In this document: positions 8,885 to 17,079 of the stretch, piece by piece
How the letters are laid out: the number at the start of each line of letters is the position of its first letter
Position numbering within the stretch: the first letter of the stretch is position 1
Virus record (IMG/VR): IMGVR_UViG_3300046543_000266
Coordinates: 62,001-126,000 of that record
Strand: one strand, 5' to 3'
Length of the DNA: 64,000 nucleotides
The notes under the pieces: generated by a model
What the model was told of the DNA's origin: nothing
The model's database searches: none
Seen by the model: the letters and a program-made list of their open reading frames with translations, nothing else
Position numbers and translations under genes: made by a program

Positions 8885-9328
8885 ATGTCAGCAATATGGG
8901 CTGCATTCATCAAGCTGTTAAACAATCCGATGGCGTTTGTATTGCTGATCATCGCACTGCTCGCCCTAATCGTGCTCTGGTCTATTCAGGCCAAGCGCGA
9001 CAACTTCGATCTACGCGCCCTCATCACAGATCCCCGCACGCACCAACCATCCGTCCACAAGATGGGTGAGCTGGTGGCGCTGATTGTCTCGACATGGTTG
9101 ATCGTTTATCTGGCCTTGAACGGTAAGATCGACGAGAACTACTTCGGCCTTTACATGGCAGTGTGGGCTGGAGCTCAGGTGGCAAACAACTGGGTGTCCA
9201 ACAAGTACAATCCGGCTGCCTCGACGACGGTCACCAGTTCCACGGTGTCCACGGTGGTCCCGTCCGGTGCAACGGTGGTTTCGACTGATGATAGTCAAAC
9301 CACCACGCCCGATCAGCAATCGCAGTAA
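8885..9328 (+). CDS. membrane protein (holin-like topology)
   Basis: Hydrophobic segments AFVLLIIALLALIVLWSI, LVALIVSTWLIVYLAL, YFGLYMAVWAGA; GGGAG RBS. Confidence 0.6.
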   Translation: MSAIWAAFIKLLNNPMAFVLLIIALLALIVLWSIQAKRDNFDLRALITDPRTHQPSVHKMGELVALIVSTWLIVYLALNGKIDENYFGLYMAVWAGAQVANNWVSNKYNPAASTTVTSSTVSTVVPSGATVVSTDDSQTTTPDQQSQ

Positions 9329-9345
9329 GACCACTCTAATCCTGC

Positions 9346-9352
9346 AATTTGA
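9346..9352 (+). promoter_or_regulatory. AATTTGA late-type promoter motif
   Basis: Intergenic, upstream of ATG 9380. Confidence 0.6.
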
Positions 9353-9379
9353 ACGTATCACTCGATAAAGGAAATCATC

Positions 9380-9865
9380 ATGGCAGCAATCACGTACGCA
9401 CAAGCCAAGACCGCTATCGTTGCGGCAGCTCTTCCGGCGTCTGCAGGTTCGGCATGGCAAGGCATCGACGACGGTTCGTATGATCAGTACGCGGCTGGCG
9501 CGTGCTACGCTGCGGGCGTCCCGTTCAACCGCAACGCTGCGCAATACGGCTTCGCGTATCCCGGTGAAATGCCGAACGCGATCGCTGGCGCAGTCAAGGG
9601 TGCTGGATACAGCGCAACGATGGCTGGCTCGCCGTTGACCGGTGCTCACCCGGCGACTGTCACCTGGACGCTGACGGAAACGAACGGCCCGGCCGATTCG
9701 TACTTCTGGGACTTCGGCGACGGCGTCACCGCAACGGTGTCGACCAACGCAGCGCAAGCACACTCGTATGCGGTGGCCGGTTCGTTCCGCGCCAAATGCA
9801 CGCCGTCGTTCAATGGCGTGGCTGACACCCAGATCATCGCCGCTGCACCGGCAGTCATCTCGTAA
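9380..9865 (+). CDS. PKD-domain virion decoration protein
   Basis: YFWDFGDG...HSYAVAGSF PKD signature; AAGGA RBS. Confidence 0.75.
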   Translation: MAAITYAQAKTAIVAAALPASAGSAWQGIDDGSYDQYAAGACYAAGVPFNRNAAQYGFAYPGEMPNAIAGAVKGAGYSATMAGSPLTGAHPATVTWTLTETNGPADSYFWDFGDGVTATVSTNAAQAHSYAVAGSFRAKCTPSFNGVADTQIIAAAPAVIS

Positions 9866-9876
9866 GGAGCGTAGCA

Positions 9877-10194
9877 ATGTGGGAACGTAGAGCCCGTTCG
9901 GGGCGCAGGAATTCACACGGTATCGCCAAGATCCGGCGAGATACGTATAACACCTCGAACGGGTTCTCCGTGAAGGCTGGATGGTGGGAGATCCGCGACA
10001 AGGTCTGGAAGCGAGACGGTGGTAAGTGCCGCTCGATGACTAGTGGCGTCTTCTGCCTGAAGCCGGGCACCGAAGTGCATCACATCATCCCGCTGTCCAA
10101 CGGCGGGACCACCACGATGGCTAACCTCATCACTCTGTGTCAGGGCTGCCACGATAAGCGTCATCGGCATCTATTCCGAGCGCGTTCCCGATAA
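9877..10194 (+). CDS. HNH endonuclease
   Basis: RDKVWKRDGGKC...EVHHIIPLSNGGTTTMANLITLCQGCHDKRH. Confidence 0.9.
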   Translation: MWERRARSGRRNSHGIAKIRRDTYNTSNGFSVKAGWWEIRDKVWKRDGGKCRSMTSGVFCLKPGTEVHHIIPLSNGGTTTMANLITLCQGCHDKRHRHLFRARSR

Positions 10195-10210
10195 CCAAAC
10201 CACCACGACT

Positions 10211-10573
10211 ATGACCGTAAAACTCCACGCGGGAATGCGCCTCCTGGCTGACAGCAATGAAGCCGGAGTGGCACTCACTGCCATCAAGAAGATCATCGGC
10301 CCCCACTTCGTCACCGACGAGGACCACGCAGAACAACGCATCCTGTGGCGTAGCAGCAAGATCCAAGCCGAGCTCGACTTGACGCTCGACGACGAAGACA
10401 TGCTGCTGTTCAGCTTCCGCACCCGAGGCTTTGCCGGCGGATTTGACGCTGAGGGCCACACGGCGCACGAGCTGTTCGCCGACATCCGCAAGCAAGTGAC
10501 CGAGTATCAGCCGTCGGGTCGCGTACCCAACGACATCGCGGCTCTGCGCAAGCGGTTTGCCAACATCCGATAA
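10211..10573 (+). CDS. putative internal head protein (LHAGMRL tag variant)
   Basis: 120-aa ORF beginning MTVKLHAGMRLLA. Confidence 0.6.
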   Translation: MTVKLHAGMRLLADSNEAGVALTAIKKIIGPHFVTDEDHAEQRILWRSSKIQAELDLTLDDEDMLLFSFRTRGFAGGFDAEGHTAHELFADIRKQVTEYQPSGRVPNDIAALRKRFANIR

Positions 10574-10582
10574 AGGACAACC

Positions 10583-11020
10583 ATGGATAAGCAGCAACTC
10601 CAAGAACTGATCGCGGCGTTTCTGAAAGTGAATCCGACGCCGACGGACGATCAGGTACATGCGCTGGCTGGCGCAGTCAACCTCGACCACGAGACGTTCG
10701 AAGCCGTTATGTACGAGATGCTGGCCGAGTCGGACGAAGTCAACGCCACATCCGAGCATACCGACGCTGAGAAGGTTCTCGACGGCGAGTACGACCCGAA
10801 CACCACGACGACCGACGATCTGGTGCTGAACGACGGAGCACCGGAAGGTACCTCCAGCCAACAGCAAGTGCAAGACTCGACGTTGGACGACGGTGTAGCA
10901 CCGGACGACGTTGGCCTCGACGTGAACTCGGACCAGTCGGCACTTCTGGACGATGGCGAAGTGATTCGCAGTCTGGCTGCAGTCAAGGTGAACGCGGCTG
11001 CTCGTCTGAAGGCAAACTGA
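10583..11020 (+). CDS. acidic putative head core protein with C-terminal VNAAARL tag
   Basis: D/E-rich ORF ending VKVNAAARLKAN; AAGGA RBS. Confidence 0.65.
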   Translation: MDKQQLQELIAAFLKVNPTPTDDQVHALAGAVNLDHETFEAVMYEMLAESDEVNATSEHTDAEKVLDGEYDPNTTTTDDLVLNDGAPEGTSSQQQVQDSTLDDGVAPDDVGLDVNSDQSALLDDGEVIRSLAAVKVNAAARLKAN

Positions 11021-11021
11021 C

Positions 11022-11729
11022 ATGGCCCATCCTTTCCTCTCGAATCTAGGGGTCGACGCTCTGGCACAGGGCCGGAGCCCCACGACGCAGACGTTCCCGT
11101 TGGCGTTCAATCAGAACAACGCCAGTGACTGGGCTGCTGCAGTCAATAAGACTGTGATGGGTGCCGACCCCACGGAGGATTGGGGTGCGGTCATCAAAGA
11201 GTACATTCATCTGTGTGCTCAGCGCGGCGTGTATCCGTTCCAGAACCTGCACGAGTCGAAGAACGATCAGATCGTCGACTTCCTGCGCGAGCGTCGTCGT
11301 GCATTCGTGCACTTCGTCAACATCACGGACTTCTTCCGCACGCTTACGCTGCGCGCTACTCATCGGCGCGTGACTGCTACGGAAAGCGGGTTTGTGCTCA
11401 CGGTGTATGCGCATACGCTCAACACCGACCCGTCGTTTGTTAAGTGGTTGATTGAAAGCCCGTTCCCGCGTTTCGATTTGGTACGCAAGAACGGTCGTTA
11501 CACCAAGCGCCTGATGCACGGCCTCGACGTCTTCGTTGAAAACGACTACGCCGACAACATGAAGGATCGGTGGGTCGTGGGGTACGACATCCACTGTCCG
11601 ATGTATCCGGATCTTCCTACCAACCACACTCCGTCCAAAGCAGAAATCGAACGATTCGTACTGGACGTGTGTTGGATGCCCCTACTGCGCGCGATGAGAC
11701 CACTTCGCACCACCCATCGCCTCATCTGA
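11022..11729 (+). CDS. hypothetical protein
   Basis: 235-aa ORF tightly packed in the operon. Confidence 0.7.
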   Translation: MAHPFLSNLGVDALAQGRSPTTQTFPLAFNQNNASDWAAAVNKTVMGADPTEDWGAVIKEYIHLCAQRGVYPFQNLHESKNDQIVDFLRERRRAFVHFVNITDFFRTLTLRATHRRVTATESGFVLTVYAHTLNTDPSFVKWLIESPFPRFDLVRKNGRYTKRLMHGLDVFVENDYADNMKDRWVVGYDIHCPMYPDLPTNHTPSKAEIERFVLDVCWMPLLRAMRPLRTTHRLI

Positions 11730-11757
11730 GGCAACAATAACGCAAGAGGAGTATCAA

Positions 11758-12060
11758 ATGGATTATCTGTCGTTGGCTAGTGAACTGTGGAAAGCTATCG
11801 TGGCTGTCCCGGCGTTCGGTGTCGGCATCGCTGTTGGTGCCGTCGGTTACAAGTATCTCCTGAAGAAGAATCCGGTGATGCTCAACAAACTGGTGGCTCT
11901 GGCAGAAGCGGAACTGCAAAAGGTTGCACTCGCGGCGGTTGCAAAAGCTGGTGCTGTCCCGTCGCCGGTTGCCACGTCGGCGGCTCTGGTTGTGGGCCTC
12001 GCTGAGGACGTCCAAAAAGAGGTCACAGTGGCTCCCGCAGTCGCACCTGTCACCAAGTAG
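11758..12060 (+). CDS. small membrane-anchored protein
   Basis: N-terminal hydrophobic helix AIVAVPAFGVGIAVGAVGY; AGGAG RBS. Confidence 0.65.
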   Translation: MDYLSLASELWKAIVAVPAFGVGIAVGAVGYKYLLKKNPVMLNKLVALAEAELQKVALAAVAKAGAVPSPVATSAALVVGLAEDVQKEVTVAPAVAPVTK

Positions 12061-12066
12061 GCGTTG

Positions 12067-12095
12067 TTTTTACGCAACACCGGGTATGTTATGAT
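12067..12095 (+). promoter_or_regulatory. possible sigma70-like promoter (extended -10 TGtTATGAT)
   Basis: TG-N-TATGAT at 12087-12095; weak -35 (TTTTTA) 17 nt upstream. Confidence 0.35.
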
Positions 12096-12117
12096 AGTGG
12101 TAACTCCGGGCGTGCTA

Positions 12118-12125
12118 GTAAATAG
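12118..12125 (+). promoter_or_regulatory. GTAAATAG promoter motif
   Basis: Exact recurrent motif; only a terminator follows. Confidence 0.5.
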
Positions 12126-12142
12126 GTGGTAAGTCACAAGGC

Positions 12143-12182
12143 AGGGTTCCCCGGGTTAGTAATCTCGGGGAACCCTTTCTTC
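12143..12182 (+). terminator. Strong intrinsic terminator
   Basis: AGGGTTCCCCGGG / CTCGGGGAACCCT 13-bp stem followed by TTCTT. Confidence 0.85.
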
Positions 12183-12203
12183 GTTCGTGTCTTAGCATCT
12201 TGC

Positions 12204-12210
12204 AATTTTA
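12204..12210 (+). promoter_or_regulatory. AATTTTA late-type promoter motif
   Basis: Downstream of terminator, upstream of leader ORF and SNF2 gene. Confidence 0.6.
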
Positions 12211-12263
12211 GCCGTGAACCGCAGATATTGTGCGCGTTGACTCAACTAGCCGCGAGGACCCAC

Positions 12264-12320
12264 ATGAAACGTGGAACAGTTACCAAACATCAACATAACA
12301 AGGTCATCTATTATGGCTGA
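12264..12320 (+). CDS. 18-aa leader peptide overlapping SNF2 start
   Basis: GAGGA RBS, MKRGTVTKHQHNKVIYYG*, stop overlaps SNF2 ATG (ATGGCTGA). Confidence 0.4.
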   Translation: MKRGTVTKHQHNKVIYYG

Positions 12321-15300
12321 ACTCCGCCCAACAACCAATCTCGTGATTCCGGAAGATCTGATGCTTCCGAAGCGCGAGTGGAAGAACAAGTTTCTGTTCG
12401 TCTACAACAAGGGATACGTTGGCTCGCCGTCGGCATTCATGACGAAGCTCTGGGCTTCCGTACTTTTCCCGTCGCTTGCGCACGACCCGAAGTTCGGTAG
12501 CGTCAAGGGTAAGGCGGCGGCGAAGGCGCTGGCAGAAGTTACTCCGTACGGATATCTGCGTCTGAAGAAAGTGCTCGACCCCAAGAACCCGCACTTCGTC
12601 GTTAGCGTCCCGCTGTATAGTGGCCCGAAGTCGAACGGTCTGGGCGCGATGTCATTCCTGTCGAACTGGTTCCTTGGTGGGAACAAGATGAAGAACCCGC
12701 CGGAGCCGACTGCTGAAACGATCAGCGAACTCCGCGAGTTCCAGTCCAAGCTGACCGCAGAAGGTAGTCCCGACGAGATCCGCGACCAAGTGATCTCGGT
12801 TGATCGTGCAGTGCAAGCAATGCGTCTGCCGGCCGATCAAGCCCTCCAGCTGAAGTCCACGCTGCTCGGCATCCGGGTGCAGACCAAGGGTTATCTGGGC
12901 ATCATCTTCGCGGATTTCAAGATCACGAAGGAAGAAGCACAGCAGCTGACAACCACGCCGTGGACGGAACTGCGCGACATCGATCTGTATCCGCTGCTGC
13001 TCCAATGGGTCAAGACGACCTACGGCGAACGTGGCCCGGCTCCGATGACGAGCTTCCCGATCTCGAAGATCGCCATGACGCTGCCGCCTACGCATTCCGC
13101 GGACGCGCGCATCAACGAGAACAACATCTCGATCGGTCCGAAGGGCACGCCGTTCTACCTGCCGAAGGAACTGCCGAAGACTACCACGATCGACTACGAA
13201 GATCGCTACACGCAAGCGGGCGCGCGTGAAGACGGCAGCTTCTGTCTGTTCGATATCAACCAAGGCGCTCAGGCCATGTCTTCGGGCGCGAACCTGAAGA
13301 ACAACCTGCCGGTCAACATGCCGGTTCTGGTTGACTGGGTGAACCTGAAGTATGCGTACACCATGACGAATGGTGCGATGGAAGTGCTGGACCTCACGCG
13401 TTTCCGCGCTGCTGACGTCACCCACATCCGCAATCTGGTGGACGACACGGTCGTTACTCTGGAACTCATCGATCTGATGACTCGCATGGGTGAAGCCGCT
13501 GGTTGCCCCGCGTCGTCGCTGGCCCCGATCCCCACCGATCTGGAAGGTCTGCAGTTGGGTCCGGTTCTTGAACGTCAGTTCGAAGATGCCAAGCGTCCGC
13601 AAGACTGGTTCAAGGTCGCGGTTCTGGCCTACAAGAAGCTCGAAGAGCAAGACCGCATCACCATCGCCGACATCAACACCATCGGCTTTGGCCCGTTCCG
13701 TACGCTGGCTCGCTACTTCAAGCAAGTCGAGGCAACGGTTCGTGACAACATCGATCCGGTGTACAACAAGTATTCCGTGGCTACCGTCATCGAGGCAATG
13801 CCGTGGCTCGTGTTGATCGCCAAGTACACCGACGACATGCCGGGTCTGCGCGCATCGGACGTGGCGAACCGCAAGGCAGCCATCGATCAGGAAGTGGATC
13901 CGAACTGGAAGCCGCCTGCAATCCCGCTGTTGTCCGATCAGATTGGCTTCTTGCCGCACCAGTCGAAGGTGCGCAATCTGCTGAAAGATAGCCCGGACTT
14001 CGCAATGCTGCCGGTTCAAGCTGGTGGCGGCAAATCGATCCTGTTGTTGACCGACATCCTGTACGAGATCAAGGCCAATCGCAGCAACCCGTATCTGGTC
14101 CTGTGTCCGGGCCACTTGGTCGCCAACTACGTGAAGGAAGTGGTGTACTTCACGCAGGGTAAGCTCAACGTCGTAGCCATCTCGCGATTTGCTATCCGCC
14201 AGAATGGTTGGGCGCGTCTGCGGGCTATCCTGGAAGCGGCTCCGCGCAACACGGTGGTTGTCGCTGAGTACGATTGTTTGGCTTACCGTCAGCAGTCTGT
14301 GTGCTACGGCACGACGCCGGTGGAAGTGTTCCCGGTCATCGACTTCCTGCGCCAGTTCAAGTTCGGCTACGTCGCACTGGACGAATCGCATTTGGTCAAG
14401 AACGCTACCTCGCGTTCGAAGTCGACGGCAACGTTGATCACCGACATCCCGAAGAAGCGTCTGGCTTCGGGTACGATGGTTCACGACAGCCCTTCCGACT
14501 TGGCAATGCAGGTCTCCATGATGGACCCGACGCTGTTCGGCGATCGTGACAAGTTCAACGAGACGTACGGCGAAGTGGTTCGGGGTGGTCGCGTGGTCAA
14601 GTGGCGTGACGACGCACCGCAGAAGATTCAGCAGCGCATCCAAGGCCGTATCGTGTATGCGAAGGCTATGCGTAAGGAGTGGGCTGCCCTCTTGCCTACC
14701 AAGCGCGAATGGCTCGGTGGTGTTGAGCTGACCGAAGCTCAGCAGAATCTGTACAACGACATCTTGGACGACACGGTTGAGAAGATCACCGAGAAGGCCA
14801 AGAAGGGCAACAAGAACCTGCAGAAGTTCCTGGGTCTTGGTAAGAAGCCCGCAGTCAAGTCGGATGACGACGAAGACAACGGCGACGAGATCGTTGACGA
14901 GGACAACGAGGAAGAAGATGCAGCGGACGAAAGCGCAGGTGAAAGCGTCGAGAACGCACTGCGTCCGTACTTGCAGCGCCTCGAAACCTTCCTGATCGCT
15001 CCAGGTCGTGACGACGTGGGCAAGAACCTGCTGAAGGGCGACGATCTTATCAGCCCGAAGGCACTGGCAGTGTTGCGTCGTGCAGAAGCCCACATCTTCG
15101 GTGGTCAAGAAGAAAACGGCGATACCGGTCAGCTGGAAGCCTACGGTCCGTTCCCCGGCAAGGTGCTGATTTTCACGAACAACATCAAGTCGGCTGAAGA
15201 ACTGTGGGAACGTGCCAGCCCGCGTATGCGTGCCTGTGGTCTGCTGTATAAGGCCGCCCGCAAGATGGAAGACGGTTCCAAGTTCGAAAAGGATCCGAAG

Positions 15301-17004
15301 GTCAAGTGGATGGTTGGTGTTTCGTCGTCCATGGAAACCGGCCTCAACTTCCAGTTCGCCTCGCGCCTGATTCGTACGGAAGGTGTGTGGAATCCGGGTA
15401 CGCTGGAGCAAGGTAACAGCCGTATCAACCGCCCGGAACTGAAGGCAGAAGAGACCCGCAAGGAAATCTTCTTCGATACTATCGTGGCTAACCACACGAT
15501 CGATATCACGAAGGCAGCACGTCTGATCTCGAAGGTGATCGCGGCGGCGAAGTTCGAAAACGCCGAGAACTCTGAGTTCAAGACGATTCCCGACGTGGAA
15601 ATCATCAACATGTCGCTGCCGTCGATCCGGAACTTCAACTCGTGGCATGGTGATGGCACCGACGAGAACCCCGGCCTGAAGTCGTACGCCATTGCACAGG
15701 CGAAGTACGAAGATGTGCGGAACCGCGACTACGAGGAGTACAAGCAAGCGTACATCGAGAAGCATGGTTCGGGTCCTGTCAAGCAGTCGATCCCGGTGGC
15801 CCCGGTTCCGGCAGATGCAAAGTTGTTGAAGCGTGTCCCGTATGCTCCGGGTCTCGACATCTACAACGCCAAGGAAATGGGTCTGGTGCGCGTCGACGAG
15901 TACCTCAATCTGTCGTCCAGCAATGGCGACGACGAGGACGACGACACCAACGGTGGTGAAGAGGAAGAAAACGGCACGGACGCAGCGGCTGCAGAACTCG
16001 CAGCTCAAGCGGCAGCCCTGTCGGGTCGTCTGGTCCACACCGAGTTTGGCGAAGGGTACGTGCAGAAGTGCAGCCCGACCAATCCGTTTATCAGCGTCAA
16101 CCTGCTGAACGGCTATGCCATGACGGTGCGCAAGTCGCAGTGCTTCTTGGTGACCCGTGGTGAAACGTCAACCAAGGACATCCGCAATCAGCTGCTGAAG
16201 AGCGTGGGTGTTAAGAACATCGCCGATCCGGTGGATGTTCCGGCTGAGAAGTGGCGGCCGATGCGCAAGAGCATCAAGGAGCAGATTCAGCGCGAGAAGG
16301 AAGAGAAGGTTGTCCAACAGAAGAAGGTACGCGAGGAAGAAACCAAGTCCGCGCTGTCCGTCGAGTTGGCAGTCGTGCTGGTCAACGGCTTCTTGGGTCT
16401 CGACTACATCGTCGACGAGTCGAATCACAAGGCGATGCAAGCGCTGTCGGCAGTGGGCTTCCGCCCGACGCCGCAGTTCTACTACGCTCGTGTGGTCAAC
16501 GACAAGGCGCTGGTCAACCAGATGAAGCTGTGGAAGGAGCTGGGTCTGCGTCCGGATCCGGTGGTCATCAAGCAGAACATCCCGGCTGCGTTCGCTGAGC
16601 TGCTCGCCCTGTTGAAGAGCGGTCAGATCAAGAGCCACCACGCGACGTACAAAGCTGCAATGAACGCCAACATCGTGAATTTCTATCGCCTGACGCACAA
16701 GGCGTCGAACGACAAGATGTTGTTCAAGCCGTATCCGATTATCCAGGACGGTCAAGCGTACATCGCACTGCCGCTCGGTCAAGCTGGTACGAAGACTGCA
16801 ATGTCGCCGAAGTTCAAGCGGCCGTCGTACAAGTGGGCGCTGTCCGAACACTCGCTGTCGTATTACGGCACGATGCAGCAAGTGAACGGGATGATCAAGA
16901 AGCTGCAAGCGGCTGGCGTTCAGATCATGAACCTCGACGAGTTGAACGAGGAACTTGGTGCTCTGAAGAAGGCTAAGGTTCGCGCACCGTCCGAAGACAT
17001 CTGA
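12313..17004 (+). CDS. large SNF2-family (SF2) ATPase/helicase
   Basis: QAGGGKS (I), LDESH (II), LASGT (III), SMETGLNFQ (V), WNPGTLEQGNSRINR (VI); start placed at ATG 12313 after AAGGT. Confidence 0.85.
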   Translation: MAELRPTTNLVIPEDLMLPKREWKNKFLFVYNKGYVGSPSAFMTKLWASVLFPSLAHDPKFGSVKGKAAAKALAEVTPYGYLRLKKVLDPKNPHFVVSVPLYSGPKSNGLGAMSFLSNWFLGGNKMKNPPEPTAETISELREFQSKLTAEGSPDEIRDQVISVDRAVQAMRLPADQALQLKSTLLGIRVQTKGYLGIIFADFKITKEEAQQLTTTPWTELRDIDLYPLLLQWVKTTYGERGPAPMTSFPISKIAMTLPPTHSADARINENNISIGPKGTPFYLPKELPKTTTIDYEDRYTQAGAREDGSFCLFDINQGAQAMSSGANLKNNLPVNMPVLVDWVNLKYAYTMTNGAMEVLDLTRFRAADVTHIRNLVDDTVVTLELIDLMTRMGEAAGCPASSLAPIPTDLEGLQLGPVLERQFEDAKRPQDWFKVAVLAYKKLEEQDRITIADINTIGFGPFRTLARYFKQVEATVRDNIDPVYNKYSVATVIEAMPWLVLIAKYTDDMPGLRASDVANRKAAIDQEVDPNWKPPAIPLLSDQIGFLPHQSKVRNLLKDSPDFAMLPVQAGGGKSILLLTDILYEIKANRSNPYLVLCPGHLVANYVKEVVYFTQGKLNVVAISRFAIRQNGWARLRAILEAAPRNTVVVAEYDCLAYRQQSVCYGTTPVEVFPVIDFLRQFKFGYVALDESHLVKNATSRSKSTATLITDIPKKRLASGTMVHDSPSDLAMQVSMMDPTLFGDRDKFNETYGEVVRGGRVVKWRDDAPQKIQQRIQGRIVYAKAMRKEWAALLPTKREWLGGVELTEAQQNLYNDILDDTVEKITEKAKKGNKNLQKFLGLGKKPAVKSDDDEDNGDEIVDEDNEEEDAADESAGESVENALRPYLQRLETFLIAPGRDDVGKNLLKGDDLISPKALAVLRRAEAHIFGGQEENGDTGQLEAYGPFPGKVLIFTNNIKSAEELWERASPRMRACGLLYKAARKMEDGSKFEKDPKVKWMVGVSSSMETGLNFQFASRLIRTEGVWNPGTLEQGNSRINRPELKAEETRKEIFFDTIVANHTIDITKAARLISKVIAAAKFENAENSEFKTIPDVEIINMSLPSIRNFNSWHGDGTDENPGLKSYAIAQAKYEDVRNRDYEEYKQAYIEKHGSGPVKQSIPVAPVPADAKLLKRVPYAPGLDIYNAKEMGLVRVDEYLNLSSSNGDDEDDDTNGGEEEENGTDAAAAELAAQAAALSGRLVHTEFGEGYVQKCSPTNPFISVNLLNGYAMTVRKSQCFLVTRGETSTKDIRNQLLKSVGVKNIADPVDVPAEKWRPMRKSIKEQIQREKEEKVVQQKKVREEETKSALSVELAVVLVNGFLGLDYIVDESNHKAMQALSAVGFRPTPQFYYARVVNDKALVNQMKLWKELGLRPDPVVIKQNIPAAFAELLALLKSGQIKSHHATYKAAMNANIVNFYRLTHKASNDKMLFKPYPIIQDGQAYIALPLGQAGTKTAMSPKFKRPSYKWALSEHSLSYYGTMQQVNGMIKKLQAAGVQIMNLDELNEELGALKKAKVRAPSEDI

Positions 17005-17023
17005 TCGTCTGACGACAATCTGT

Positions 17024-17030
17024 AATTTGA
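17024..17030 (+). promoter_or_regulatory. AATTTGA late-type promoter motif
   Basis: Intergenic, abutting the terminator stem. Confidence 0.55.
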
Positions 17031-17031
17031 C

Positions 17032-17066
17032 GGGGAGGCCGGGAAACTGGCACTCCCCTTTCTTTT
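17032..17066 (+). terminator. Intrinsic terminator with GAAA tetraloop
   Basis: GGGGAG-GCCGG GAAA CTGGC-A-CTCCCC followed by TTTCTTTT. Confidence 0.8.
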
Positions 17067-17079
17067 CTCAGGAGTAGAT

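Noticed and set aside
12126-12320. 64-aa ORF from GTG running through the terminator
   Set aside because: No properly spaced RBS and it crosses a strong terminator; only its last 18 codons (ATG 12264) have a credible RBS.
12652-16038. 1128-aa minus-strand ORF (and similar long antisense ORFs at 5790-7097, 25796-27448, 46656-48044)
   Set aside because: Shadow frames of strongly codon-biased sense genes; no RBS, no motifs and an unnatural R/V/L-rich composition.
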